A DNA stretch of 64,000 bases from positions 2,011,111-2,075,110 of the forward strand of contig MU058824.1 in assembly GCA_013265495.1 (NCBI GenBank). Direction: 5' to 3'. Origin of the DNA: Vicugna vicugna (Eukaryota). Of the stretch, positions 38,619-52,520 are shown piece after piece. Both the position numbers and the translations under genes were made by a program. Numbering within the stretch: position 1 is the stretch's first letter; every line of letters begins with the position of its first letter. Under the pieces are notes generated by a model that was not told the origin of the DNA, ran no database searches, and saw only the letters and a list, made by a program, of their open reading frames with translations.

Positions 38619-39599
38619 CACACACAAAAGCTTCATCTTCCTTATCAAAGAAGAGGTTCCCACACTGATTTTATTCTCACTGAACAGCCCTTGGGAACAC
38701 AGAGCCAGGCAGGGAACACAGAACAGGGTTACAGCAACAGGCAAATGTACTCCTCAAAACACCAACGTACAATGATCCAAGAGTTTTGTGAATCCAATAA
38801 TGTGATTATGTAAGTCGGTCCCCCAAGGTCTTAAGAACACTGTCCCCAGCCCTTCTGATCACAGGGAGAATGGCTTTTATGTCATGTAGCTTTCAGATTA
38901 GGTTCCCTACTGGAGAGCCCCTGACCTCCAGAAGCCGAGGTATGAGTTCTTGCCAAAAAGGAAAAAAAATGCTGAAACAGCACCCTAGACAAGTGGGGAA
39001 CTCTTTTCTCTGCACAAAAAGATTGACTACACCAGCTAGGATAGAACAAGTAAATTTAGGCAGCTTTCCCACAGAGACTCATCTAAATTCTTTGCTCAAG
39101 GGAATTTACTGCTCAACATTATTCCCTAGGAATCAATGTACAAAAATGTACACAACCCCTGATCTTTAAAGCTCTACAGTGTTCCAAGCCCATTTTCTAA
39201 TTCTGTTGACTATCCTAGTACAGGGCCTCCAAGGCTCTCCTGTTTCTGAAACTCTGAATCTGTGACAGTTGTAACTACCTCTTCAGGAAGGACGCATTAT
39301 GAATAATTTGGACAGGTCAAACAATATGCTAGAAAACGAAGTGAAAGCAAATAAACAACAAAACACCAAATAATTGTAGCACTCTAGAATTGTTTAAAGC
39401 AGTAAAATTATGCTTTAAGGCCCAAAATATACACACAGATTATTTAGGATCTCAATGTAATGTGTAACTACTTCTTAAAAAAAAAACCACAACTCTACCA
39501 TTTCAGAAATTTGGCCTAAAACTAATAGGCTAGCCATAATAAACATTAAACATTTTATTAACAATAATTTTGCTTGCCTTCTTAGAATTTAGAAGGGCT

Positions 39600-39770
39600 T
39601 TGGGGGATGGTTTGGATGGCCCAGGTCTCTTAAAAAAGGTGTCCAAGGAAGTTTGAATTGATGCCTTCTTTGTCTCTCGATTAATGTCCCTGTAGTAAGC
39701 AGAGGCATTCACAATCATTGCATTGACTGTAAGAACTGGGCTCAAAGTAGACGGTGTCAAAATGTATGTG
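39600..39770 (-). mobile_element. Degenerate pogo/Tigger-family transposase C-terminal fragment
   Basis: Frameshifted peptide D..YFEPSS / TVNAMIVNASAYYRDINRETKKASIQTSLDTFFKR resembles pogo-family C-termini (FERS.KV...YREIY.EKKK..QTSLD.FFK, from memory). Confidence 0.6.
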
Positions 39771-39984
39771 GTTGATGAGGATGAGGATGGTGTTTTCCCC
39801 CACTGAAGAATACCTTCCAAAGTCGAAATGGACCCATTTCCCCCCTTCACTTTCCACAGATTTATTTATCCTGAAGTTGTAACTCCAGGAGACCCACCTA
39901 GCACCCCCAGGAATCTGAACAAGTTCAGGAGAATGGCAGGAGTTCAAGCTTTCCAGATAGTCATGGGTTTGTGGAGCTGTGGGT

Positions 39985-40190
39985 CGGTCAAATGGCTAGC
40001 CAAGTGTGTGACTCTGGACAATGGATTCAGCCTCTCCTAAGCCTCAACTTCCTCATGTATAAAATAAGGGTCATGCTATTTCTATCCACTTTGTAGAAAT
40101 GTTGATTACAAATGAGACAACATACACAAAGCATCCACTATGGTGTATGGTACATAGCAGATCCTCCAAAAATGGTAAATATTATAATGC
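39985..40190 (+). mobile_element. MIR SINE
   Basis: GTGTGACTCTGGACAA...CCTCTCCTAAGCCTCAACTTCCTCATGTATAAAATAAGG...AAATGAGA. Confidence 0.68.
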
Positions 40191-40424
40191 TTATTTCTCA
40201 TTCTTCACAGTCTCAGGGCGCTGAGAATTTCATAGCCACCAAAGGGCCCTAATTATATCACTGACCAGGTCAGGAACACACCATGCAAACAACTCCCACA
40301 CAATGTTTGCTTCTGCTCTACCTCTAAATGCTGTGACACTGACAAAACCTTCTGACGAAACATCAAAGAAGACTAATAAGGTTGCCATGAAAACTAGGTA
40401 ACAGCATGAAAAGGTACTGACTGC

Positions 40425-40542
40425 CTGGTATTCTGTTCCCGAGAAAAGGGGTTCCAATGCTTACTGGTATTCTGTTCCCGAGAAAAGGGGTTCCAATGCT
40501 TACTGGTGTTCTGTTCCCGAGAAAAGGGGTTCCAATGCTTAC
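40425..40542. repeat. Tandem repeat, 3 x 39 bp
   Basis: Unit CTGGTATTCTGTTCCCGAGAAAAGGGGTTCCAATGCTTA starts at 40425, 40464 and 40503; a single A>G difference in copy 3. Confidence 0.97.
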
Positions 40543-42415
40543 AATGACCCTAAATTGATAGGCCTATCATTAACACAAACAACAAAGGCGTAATGTAACC
40601 CATCTGACTGGGAGACCATCAGCACTTAATTTAGTGCTCCTGCTGGAATTCCCAGCTTAGGTCAACCTGGGTATGGAATAACTTTATAGATAAAAAGAGA
40701 ACAGGTTCAAAGGGCAGTGGAAAGACTGGAGGACTTGGATTTGAATCCCTACTCGCCATTTATCTGAGGCTGCTAAGTAATTAAATTCGTTTTCTTCATT
40801 TCTAAAAGGAGGACATTCTCTCTTCTCTGCCTTATATGAGGATACAACGGGCAAATGTTAATGTTCTTGAATAAAGCAAAATGCAGTGCTTGCTTAAATA
40901 CTAGAAATGGGGATTGGTTTGGAGGAAAACAGAACTAGTTCAAAAAAAAAAAAAAAGGAGGGAGCCCAAGTATCTGGGTGTACCTATAGCAGGAAAAAAG
41001 GGGCAAAATTCATGGAAAAAAGGTGAGCACCAACCTCCCAATACTTACGAGAAATATGAGCTAAATGTGGTCTACTTTATGAAATATAAAAACAAAGGGA
41101 CTCACAAAATTGGTGATTAAATCTGTATTGGAGCACAGCCTCAATTATCCATTAGGAGGGAAAAGACCCTATAGTTCCGGCAGGAAATCCTCTTCATTAA
41201 AAGAAAACATAATTTAACTCTATATTCTTTTGAAATAGCAACAGAGCATTCTGTACAAGTGATATGAAATCCAAATTATTTTAATAAATTGTGGCATCAG
41301 AAAAGATACAGACAGCAGAAGGATGCCTTATCCTCTTGGGTTCTGCTCTTGTGGATCCTGAAAGACAGCTCCTATCTGCTACATAACCCCTTTCCCAGTC
41401 AAGTCAGATGGAAATACTGACTTTATGTCTAACAGAAAAAAATTAGAAAGAAGCACAGGCTTCTCTGGGTGGTATGAAACAAGTCTGAGTTTCATTAGCC
41501 TTATTAGAACCGAATTCTACCTCTATGAATAGAATGTATTATTTAGGGGGAAAAGTCATTTAATAATCTTAAAACCATAGAAATTTCCAGGTGACAGCCA
41601 AAGAAAACAGCCTGTGGAGCTGCCCCCTACCCTGCATGAACCCTGCCTCCAGAAGCTCTTTCCTGGTCCCTATAACCTCCACATGGACTGGACTCCCAAT
41701 AGCACAGCTTCCCAACTTACAAAGCAAAGTAAGTGTATTACCTTGTTTTATTCTCAGAACTCCTAAGTGAAGTAAGTTAAGGCAGGGACTATAACCTTCC
41801 AGCTTCTTTAAGTGAGGAAATTGAGGCCCAGAGAGAAGAAGCAATTTGCCCAAGGTCACACAGCAAGTCTATAACCCAAATGGCACTCTACTTTCCATAG
41901 CTTATTCCAGCATGTAAGACAGAGGAGAATTTGGGGGTTCCCATGTAAAACTTTAGACACCAGTGATCCAGCTAGAGCATAAGATCATGAATTAGAAGAC
42001 CTAGAACTCACTGGAGCTGCCCTTGAACTGTTCTATGTACAGCTCAGATATGCTACCCAATGTAAACAGCCTTTTCTATAAAAGTACAGAACAGCCTGGC
42101 TAGTCTGGGGAAAAATTTCTTAAGAGAAATGTTTAAGGCTATATAGTCAATATATATTTAAAAACAGCAAAAAAGGAAATAAATCCCCCCCTTTCAAGAA
42201 AGCCACCACAATAATCAGGGAGGGAGAGCAAAGCCAGAGGAACACATATAACTAGAGAGGCCCCGAGCTTGAAAACTGGACTTTCTATAAAAACGAACAT
42301 AAAAAAAAAAACAAAACCCCACCACTTTCTTGATCAATTATTATTTCCAATTACTTCCCTCACCATAAAGAAATATGAAAATGAAAATGACCAATAAGTC
42401 CTGGCTTCCAAATTA

Positions 42416-42601
<186 letters not shown>

Positions 42602-43429
42602 TCATTAAGGTGTCATAAATAACAAATACAGTTTGCAAGTATTTATCAAGATCAAATCATCTCTATTTTTTATTAGTGTATGTATGTTCATTTTGTTTGA
42701 TTAAACAGAAGTAAGTGGTTTATAGATCCCAGGAACACTTCAGGGAAGGGGGGACTTGATAGGATGAGAAGAGTTGTTTCTAAATCAGGTGCTCATTGTA
42801 ACAGTTTACTGGCCCCCAACATCAGTGAATACATTTTCTAATCTAAAAAGTGGGTCAAAGCAAATTAGAATTCTTTGAGAAGCTGTAATACTCTATACCT
42901 GCCAGGAAGGGTAAACAGTCCGTGCATTCTAAGCAGCTTATTTTGTGGGCCAAGCAAAGCTCACAATGGCCACTTGAAACCTAATCTGGTTCTGTACAGT
43001 GCTGATTCGTCATGGGGTTCTACATCTGGAAGACACCAAGGAATCTTGCCCCAAAGGCTACAGGAGTGGTACACACCACAGAACAAGCCCTTAAAGAAGT
43101 CCCATGACCTCAGAAAAGGGACTGGAGCAACAGCTTCAAGACTGATGAAACCAACTCAACAGAGGCCACTTCTTGCACAAATCTGGCACTATTTCTAAGA
43201 ATCTACTCTAATTCTCAGCTGCAGGTCAAATAGCAGTGGTATGCCCATGAAGGAATGAACCTTTACCAAGGAATATCAGAATCGCAGAATGAAAAAAAAT
43301 TGGAGCCTGGAAAATTAAGATGGTTGAAAGCATCCAATTCAAACTAAACTCTTCAGTTTGCAGATAAGAAAACCTAGGCCATATAGCTGCTTTCAATTCT
43401 ATTCTAAGTGCCAATAACAATGGTAACTA

Positions 43430-43685
43430 TCTAACTCTTATATGGTACTTAAGTGTTAAGTACACAGGTACTTAAATAATTGTTCAAAGTACTAGAAATA
43501 CAAGAACTCATCCGATCTCACAATAATCCTATGAGGTAGGCAGAATTATTACCCCCACTTACAGATAAGGAAAATGAACAATAAACAATAAAGAGACTGT
43601 GTAATTTGCCCAGTGGTCGATCTATGATATGAAGCCAGGCAGGCTAGTTTCAGAAGAATCCACATGCTCCTCACTATGCTATGTA
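43430..43685 (-). mobile_element. MIR SINE
   Basis: CTCACAATAATCCTATGAGGTAGG...ATTATTACCCCCACTTACAGATAAGGAAAATGA...AATTTGCCCA. Confidence 0.72.
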
Positions 43686-45414
43686 AATGCTATGTCCATG
43701 TATACCATGAAAACACCTGTCATTTAGTCTGGCATGCAATGAAATGAAATCTACATGACACCAAACAGAGGACCTTTAAAAAATGTAAATAGTCATTGAA
43801 AGAGTGCGTTTAAAAAAACAAGTCTGCTGCGTATGTATTACCAAGCATTTCTGAAGAGAAAAATGTGACATTTCAAAACATTTTTTCCTTCAAATTGGGA
43901 TAGTCTGTTAAAATATCTAGTCATGGTCCAGATTTAAAAGTACATCTCGATAATCAACGAAGACTCAAGTGTCAGCTTTACTGAGGTTATAGTAAATGAA
44001 ACTAAACAGATCATTTCTCTTGGTCAGACTATCAACATGTGTAATATTCACATCCTTCCAACATGAAAATCTCAGGTAAGAAAATAAAGTCTGTATCGGC
44101 TGTGAGAACATCCAACCAAGGCAGGTTGGTTTGGTTTATAGACATCTCCATTCCTCCCCCACCAACTCCACAAAGTTAAGTGATTAACAAGACTTCAGAA
44201 GGATTTGATAAAGCCTCTATATGGATGTTCCCCTGTACAATGACTTTCTGAATAAGTGTGATAGTACATAGATCATAGTAATTCAGGAAAATGTACCAGG
44301 ATGTTAAGAAAGCAGCACAGAATACAAAACACATAGTAGGGACCTGCTAGCATAAAGTTTATGTAGATAGAGGCTAAAAAGCCATCAGTTTTTAATGGGC
44401 TTATTAGAGCTTCCAATGTCACCAATAACCCATGCAAATGTAAAAGGATTACATTTGAACCTCTGAAGTAGATGCAAGAAAGAAAAAATTAACAAATTTA
44501 AATAAAACAGAATTCTTTCTGATAGGACAGCCACCCTGCAACTCATGAGGGCTGCCTGAGCATTTATTACCTAAATAAGGCAAATAAGCAAAAAGCACTT
44601 CTGTTTTTTAATTCCCATACTCAACCAAAAAAACAGCCCCTTTCGGATTTAAGCAAGTCAACCACAGAAACAACCTACCTGTCCTTTGCCTAAATTTGAG
44701 TTCAGATTTCTATCTGTATCTTTGTTTAGATAAAGGTTCAATGTAAATTCTCTAATAAAGAGATTCCATAAACTGGAGAATTCTACAAGACTACTATGAC
44801 CACATACATTTTCAAATGTGATGGAACAAGTCCTAGGTTGGCAAATAGGAGATATGGGTTCTAGTTTTGGCTCCAGTACTAAGCACTTTTGTGAGTGGCT
44901 TTAGGTAAATTATTATACCTTTCTGGGTCTACTCCTGTGCCTGTAAAATAAAGGGCTAGGCTAGAAGGTCTACATTTCTTCCAGTGCAGACATTCTGGGA
45001 CTCTTGACATGTAATGTACAAGGACATGAAAAAGCATTTTTCTTGGGTGTTTTTTTTTTTTTTTGGGAAGGGGGGGCGTGGTTGGAGGAGATAGTGATTG
45101 GTTTATAACTGACCAATAAAGCACTAACAGGCCATCAAGTAGGATAGGAAAATAGAGCAGTTCTGTTAAAATGAATTCTTGCAGTCAATCGCAACACATT
45201 TTAAACTTCCTAGTCACTAAGAATTATATTATGGGTTTGAAATATTACAGACTACAAATCTGAAGACTTTACTTAAACTCACCCTTAATCAACAAACATA
45301 AAACATGAAGAGTAGGAGGCCCCTGTGGTTCCTAAACCAGAGCATACTAAGAACAAAACGTAGTTAATATTATAACAAATTCATAAAAGAAATGTTATTC
45401 ACAGTTATTCTTCA

Positions 45415-45630
45415 TAATTATTTATTGAGCATCCAACATGTATGATTTCCACACATCACAGCAATTCTGCATGCAAGGTCAGGTGGTATCACCAGTTTAT
45501 AGGCGAGGAAATTGAGCCTTAGAGAGATTAAGTAACCTGCAGAAGATCACCCATTAGGAAATTGATAGAGCTGGAATTCAATTCCAGATCTGCCCAGTTC
45601 CAAAGGCCATGTGCTCTCTGCTACACTAAA
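45415..45630 (-). mobile_element. MIR SINE
   Basis: TATAGGCGAGGAAATTGAGCCTTAGAGAGATTAAGTAACCTGC...AGAGCTGGAATTCAA. Confidence 0.7.
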
Positions 45631-45640
45631 CGCTTCCTTA

Positions 45641-45985
<345 letters not shown>

Positions 45986-46451
45986 TCATTAGTTATAAAT
46001 AAATGAAAAATGATTAAGCCTTTGGTAACAATATTCTTATAGATATCAAGGGTGGAATGTCACACCATGTTATAAAGATTTAAACTCTTTACTTTCCAGA
46101 GACAGAAACTACAGTTCTTAAGATGTACGTGAAGAAACAATATCCCGCTTATTCCTTTTCCCAAGTCTGTTCCTGAAAGGGTGGCTCTAACCACAACTAC
46201 AGAGTGAAGACAGCCTCCTCCCTGCCACCCCCAGCAACCCCTTTAGGCTGAGTCTACCTGAAAGCCCAGGAGATTGACACAAGGGAAAGAGGAAAGCTTT
46301 ATTTTTCCCATCAAGATCACCGAAGAGATTTTGGCTACAGGTTGCTGGACTACATTTCCACTTCTGGTTTTATTAATTTTTACTGAGATCATCTTGACAT
46401 TAGGAAATGTTCAAGATGCAAGAGGCCTTAATTCAAAATAAGAATCATTTT

Positions 46452-46600
46452 TAAAATTTTTATTTTAATATATGTTTATTTATTTATTTTTATCGGTGGG
46501 GGGAGGTAAAAATTAGGTTTACTTATTTATTTTTTAGAGGAGGCACTGGGGATTGAACCCAGGACCTTTTGTATGCTAAGCACCTGCTATACCCTCCTCC
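46452..46600 (-). mobile_element. tRNA-derived SINE (camelid-type) with target-site duplication
   Basis: Minus strand GGAGGAGGGTATAGC...GGTCCTGGGTTCAATCCCCAGT (B box) plus A-rich tail; AGAATCATTTT (46441-46451) vs AGAATCACTTT (46601-46611). Confidence 0.85.
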
Positions 46601-48797
46601 AGAATCACTTTGTGATACATGTGAGAAAAACATTTCTAGGATAACCATTAGACATTAGGTGCCTTTTTCAGGCCATAAAATCTTCTTCTTTGGAAGTCCT
46701 GAAATTCAAAATTCAAATTCACCCAAGGGTATCACATCTGAAGATTATGAAAATACTGATTACTTAATAAACAGTTTACTGTTTGAATATGTACCATGAT
46801 TCCCACTGCCATTCTTGTTCTGTGGCTGACTCTGAAACTTGCAATTTTTAAACATGTCTTGATAAATTTACACTAATGCAAATTAGTTTTAACTGCCAAA
46901 GGCATTCTTGCAGTAACTCTAACATGTTTAACAGCATTAATCAAGCATGTTTATGGGAAGGAGATGCTGATAGTTCTAAAATGGAAGATGGGAACTAGTA
47001 ACATCTTCATCCTCCCATTCAAAAGCCAAGGATACTATTCTAGTAACTGCTATCATTTATGGAGAATTTACTCATTCTTTGTACTACCACACATCCTACC
47101 CCCAGCTACAGAAAAGGAAACAGATTTAGAGTCAGTGATACCTGCAACACCGCAACTTCTCACTTGCTCCTTCACTACTTCTTGCTATCCTGTCTACTTC
47201 CTCTTCAGAAACCCTGCTTTCAGGATGCATACAGGCCCATTATATCGTTTGCTTCTTTCTTCCCTTCCTTCCACCTTTATCTAGATACCTCTGCTACCTT
47301 CCCTCTCCTGATGAAAATCAGTATATCTGAAAACTTAAAGGCAACTGAGAAGGGCTGGCTCTTTGAAATAAGGATTGTTTCCTCACAATCTCTTGCTAGG
47401 TGAAAAAAATATAAACATTAAGAGCCTGTTACTGAGTTATGAGTTCTTTATTTAAAATGGGAACCAAGCCTTAAGATTTTTTTGTGACCTTTCTTGATAT
47501 ATGGAAATTCTAGGTATTTGCATTTATTTATTTTATCTTTTTCTTAAGGTATTGTTTTTCCCCTAAATGAGGAGGAAAAAAACCCTACAAAATACTGACA
47601 AAAAAGTAGACAAGCCATAAAAATATAAACTGTCAGTAAACAAAAAATCATTTGACTATAACAAGTAATACATAATGCATATTAAAAATGAGATGGCATT
47701 CTATTCTTGTCGAAGGTGGGGCAGCCCTTCCACGGAGAAGAGATGGCTAGGATGGGTTCAGGTGCAGGAAGTTTACAAGTGGGAGAGAGAGAAGTTCACG
47801 GAATGTATACCCGGTAACTATAACAGGCCTAGAAAGCCCACCATCAGCAGCCTTCTAGCCAATCTAAAGTTCTAAACAGGACCTTGGTGAAAAGGTGTCT
47901 GCTCTCAGGCACTGTGTCAGCAGCAGCATTTGAGGTAACTAAGCCTCTCCTCTCCCCTCCATCCTTCCTGAGTGTGAAGGAATCCAGACTGCCTTGCAAG
48001 GGAGAATGCATCAGGTGGGGGCTGGGGGGCATAGAACCCGAGGGCCTCCCAATCTAGATCCATAACGGGAGGTTCTAATCAAGGAAAAACAGCTCTAGTT
48101 TTATCTCCTTATGTCCCCAATTCTCCCAGGGCTACTACCTAGTAAGAAAGTCTGGGCAGGCACTTGTACATTTGTATGTACAACTTAGGGAGCTATTTGG
48201 TCCAAGGTAGAATTACTTGGTGTTCTGCTTGAAGATAAATGGTTTAACTTTGAGGGCCAAGTTCACTCTTCATCCCTCATTTCCCAATGAAACTAGCTTT
48301 TTCTCAAACATGAATTTAAGGTAAACACTTAAAAACCAAGAACAAAAATCCAAATGACTTCTATTCAACTTGTTTTTGTTTTCTATAGCTATCAGCAAAG
48401 CTGATACTCCAGTTTCTCACTGAAAATGTTGACATACAATGTAGCCAAGCTATGGGGATTGGAGCTAGGAGCTACAGAAGAGATCAAGCAATTTTTCTTC
48501 CATCCTCTCCAACTTGCTCTCATTCCTACTCTTCCAAAAAAAAAAAAAAAAAGTATCAACTTCCCCTAAGTGGTTGAGTGACCTTCCTAAATTATCAGTT
48601 ATAAGAAGGGAAAAAGAGATGGAGGATTAAAGATCACTATCAATTCTTTTAGTTAGAAAATACATGATTACTCTAGTGAGTGAAATTAGAAAATGTGGAA
48701 AGTAACTCCTGCCACCTTTGACATTTTCCATCCTTCTGAGTTAACCAATCTTCAACTCTCCACCCTACTATTATTTTAAGTAATTTTTTTTTTGGCA

Positions 48798-48929
48798 GGG
48801 AGGGTATAGCTCAGTCATAGAGTGCATGCATGAGGTCCTGGGTTCAACCCCCAGTACCTCCACTAATAAACAGATGAGGACACTGAGGCACAGAAAGGTA
48901 ATCTTAAAAATAAAAATAAATTTAAAAAA
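48798..48929 (+). mobile_element. tRNA-derived SINE (camelid-type)
   Basis: GGGAGGGTATAGCTCAGT (A box) ... GGTCCTGGGTTCAACCCCCAGTACCTCC (B box), then an A-rich tail. Confidence 0.85.
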
Positions 48930-49330
48930 GAATGCTTTCAAAATGACAACAGGACAGATTTATATTAGTAGTTCTCAAGTGTGCTTGGGGGGCAAAACAT
49001 TGGCATGAAGGAAGGAAATAACCCTATCCTACCTGGTGGGTAGGTAAAGAAGAGATCATTCTAAAAAGCAATTTGGCAGAGATTAACATTACAAAATGTT
49101 CATTTCAGTACAATTTTAAACAGCAAAAAACCTAAACATGCCATGGGCTATACCGACATTAACAATCAGGCTGTAAAAATAATAAATGGTAACTTAGAAA
49201 GATAAAGATATTTACTGTACTTTAGCAACAAGATAGTATAAGCATTAATAGCATGATCTGAATTTGGAAAAAATTAAACATTCTTGTGGACTATACTAAA
49301 TATCAGAATATTTAGATGGTAGGATAGGGG

Positions 49331-49354
49331 TGTGTGTGTGTGTGTGTGTGTGTG
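49331..49354. repeat. (TG)12 microsatellite
   Basis: Perfect TG dinucleotide run. Confidence 0.95.
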
Positions 49355-51010
49355 AGATTTCTGGGGTTTTTCATTCTTTATATCTACTATTTTTTGGCAT
49401 ATTTGTATCTAGTTTCTCTTCAATGAAGATATATTCCTTATACAAGGGAAAAACCCAATTAGCTGCTATGCAACCAATCAGAATATCCCATTGAGCTCAA
49501 AATCACATCACAGTAGACAATAAATGACAAAAGCTGGAGGAAAAAAACTTCAAAAGACATACGTGAGAACCCCCCCCTTCTTCAGTAAACCGGGACTTAA
49601 AAAAAAACTGCTCTTATTTGTGAGATATGGAATGTCTCAGTCTAGCATATACAGCCCACCAGTGTTCCCCAGGGGCATAGACTGTGAGCCACAGGAACTG
49701 CCTGGCTTTCCAACTTTGAACACAAGACTGGAACAGAGATTCATAGTTAATGAGGTGCTCACAATGGTGCATGTTTGGTGTAGTAGAAAGATGAGGGCCT
49801 TACGTAAACAACAGAAATTTTTTCCAATTCTGGAATACATCTAAATCTGGTCTGTATCTGGCTACTACATGTGTCTCTTCACATCTACCACCATTTCTAT
49901 GGTGTATAGGGTACATGCTAGCACTATATAATTTGCTCTCGGTGAAATAACTGACACCAATATTTTGTATAAAGCATTCCCTATCCCTGCCTACAAGATA
50001 TTTTTAAATGGTGATCACCATTCTTTATGAAAATTATTTTTTTAAATGTCATCTTAGGCCATTTTTTCCACTATGAGAACACCTCTGTTATAAAGAAGTG
50101 TTTTAGACTTTAAAAAGTTGAATTACATTATTTATGAGTTACCCTACCTTAGGGAAATGAGCATACCTGCATTTACGTAACAAGTGAGGATGTAACTGGT
50201 GAAATGAACCTATTATCTTCTTCCCATGTACTTTGCCCAAAGAACACAAGGTAAGGTGTTATCAGGATCTTCTTCAAACCCCAAAATAAAAACAAACAAA
50301 CAAAAAAACCCCACACATACAATAAAAGCCCCTGTGATCTTAAAAGCACTTACAATCAAACCTCCACTTACCTCCTCAAATACTGTTAGGTCTTACTTCA
50401 TGACATCAGGGTCAACCATGGGATACACTGTTGTGAATTTAAGAGCCTCCTATCCTTATTATACCAATACATTCAATGGAGAGAGGGTTCTTCCTTTCCC
50501 CAAGTGACAAGGGTCTGCAGGATCCCAGAGGTCAAGCCTACTCTCTAACAGCTGGCCCAACAACAAACATATGGTGCCATGTGACTAGCTGATTTAGGTC
50601 TTAAAAGAATCATTTTACAACTAACTTCTCACTTACCTTAAGGATGATGCTTTTGTGCAAAACATTTTTAAACTCTTCTTTTAAAACTTCCTTTAAATCT
50701 ACAAATTTCTTTTTTCCTGAAAAGCCTTCAGTTTAAGGTCAAAGCTTTCCTCTCCCAAGAACCTAACTCCTACTGGTCTCAGCCCCCTGGTCAGAGTCCA
50801 TAGAGCAGACTTTCTTCACTCCCATACTCTTGCCTGGCTCCCATGACACTCTCCCAAGGCCCCTAAATTGCACTAGGGCAACAGGCAACACTCGGTTCTG
50901 AGGCTTCAGGAGGGAAGGGGCTGCTCTCTGCCATGTTCACAGTGCTTTTCCAAACCCTGGCATACTGTTGGTACTCAAATATGTGACAAAACTAGTGAAT
51001 TACTGTAGGT

Positions 51011-51128
51011 TAGTGCTGTCCAATACAGTAGCCACTAGTCATGTGTGGCTTTTGGGTATTTGAAATGTGAATAATGAAACTGATAAGCTGACCTTTTAAT
51101 TTAAGTTTAATAGCCACATGAGTGTAGC
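51011..51128. mobile_element. hAT-Charlie MITE (MER3/MER33-like) fragment
   Basis: GTGCTGTCCAATACAGTAGCCACTAGTCATGTGTGGC...TTGAAATGTG...AATAGCCACATG. Confidence 0.72.
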
Positions 51129-52493
51129 CTGCCTTTGGGGAAAATGTTTAAGTCTTGTTGATTTCTTGAAAAATTAGCACTTGTATATATATGTGTTTTA
51201 AAAAGTAGTATATTAGTTATTTTATAATGAATACATTCCATATACACCACCAGCTCAGTTGTATTTCTCACAGGGAACAACAATGCTCTTAGCCGCGTAT
51301 TTTCATAGTACTTTATGCACATTCAAAAAACTCAAATTTCAGATTTTAAGGCACTTTGAAGATCTACGTGCGCACTTTTGGAAAATTTGGCTAAATTTAA
51401 TTACTCCACAGTCTACTGATTTGCAACTACTCAGTAATAATTCAAACGTCTTATATTAACAACTCAAAATGAGACAACTCCAAGTTTTAGTGTGAAGGAG
51501 CCTAACGGTTCAATATACTAGCACGTGGCCAACACAAAATGTCTGACCGATGGACGGAAGGGATGGCTGCGGTCAAACCTCAACCTTAAAACCCCGGGGA
51601 CTGAGTGGAGACGCCCACCCCGAGGTCCTCCAGGGACTCGCGGGGAAGCCACGAGGTGCGGCCTGTCCAAGGCCACATTTGTGGGAACCTCAGGGATTGA
51701 AAACCTCGCGTGCACACCAGGTAAACCATGGTTGACGAATTCCCACAAGTTGGCAACTTGTTACCCCACAGCTACCTGACTGCACGTTAACACTCCCATC
51801 GCTGGCCTGGGACGGGGTGGGAGGACTCCCCTGGGCTGCCCACCAGCCAGAGGACGCCACTCACCCGAGGAGGCGGTCTGGCTGAGGCGCGGCCTCCCCG
51901 CGCGGGGACCGGGAAACATGGCCCCGTGCCCGGCCGCGGGAAGCCGCTCTAGTTCGCCGCGAGGGCCGGGGTGGAGAAGAAAGAGGCATTCTTAAAGACC
52001 CGCCCGCTGCTCACGCAGCCGCGGCGGGAGAGAGCCGGCCCGGATCGGCGGCCCTGGAGCACGTGCGGGGGTAGAGGCCCCAGCCCGCGAGCCCAGGCCC
52101 CCGGCGCCCGAATCCGGCGGAGGCGGCCGCCTGGCGTTGCCCTTTTAAGAAGGAGGGGGAGGGGGACGGCAGCGTGCCCGAGACGAGTCGGCGGCAGCCG
52201 GATCGCGCGGCTCCCGCCAGTGCGAGCCCAGCCCCGGCGAGGCGGGCGCCAAACAAGCCGCAGACTCGGCCAGGGGAACGGCGGCCCACTGCTACCGCCG
52301 GGGCGGGCGGGCAGGGCCCAGCGGGCCGAGCCCACAGGCCGGCTCACGCGGCGGAGGGAGACGGGTGCCCGCCAACATGGCGCTGTGTCCGTCTGTGGCG
52401 CGCCCGGGCTGACGCGAGGAGCCGCCACCCGCCCACACCGAGGGGCCAGCCTCCCGGGCAGAGGCCCCCGGGCTCCGCCGCCGCGGCGGGGGG

Positions 52494-52520
52494 NNNNNNN
52501 NNNNNNNNNNNNNNNNNNNN
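52494..52520. other. Assembly gap (27 N) between G runs
   Basis: Run of n flanked by GCGGCGGGGGG and GGGCGGGTAGGG. Confidence 0.99.

Noticed and set aside
40425..40542. Direct repeats of CRISPR-like length
   Set aside because: Units are head-to-tail with no unique spacers, there are no cas genes, and the context is a mammalian intron.
48798..48865. tRNA-like sequence with A and B boxes
   Set aside because: No full cloverleaf or acceptor stem, an A-rich tail, and a second diverged copy with a TSD indicate a SINE, not a tRNA gene.
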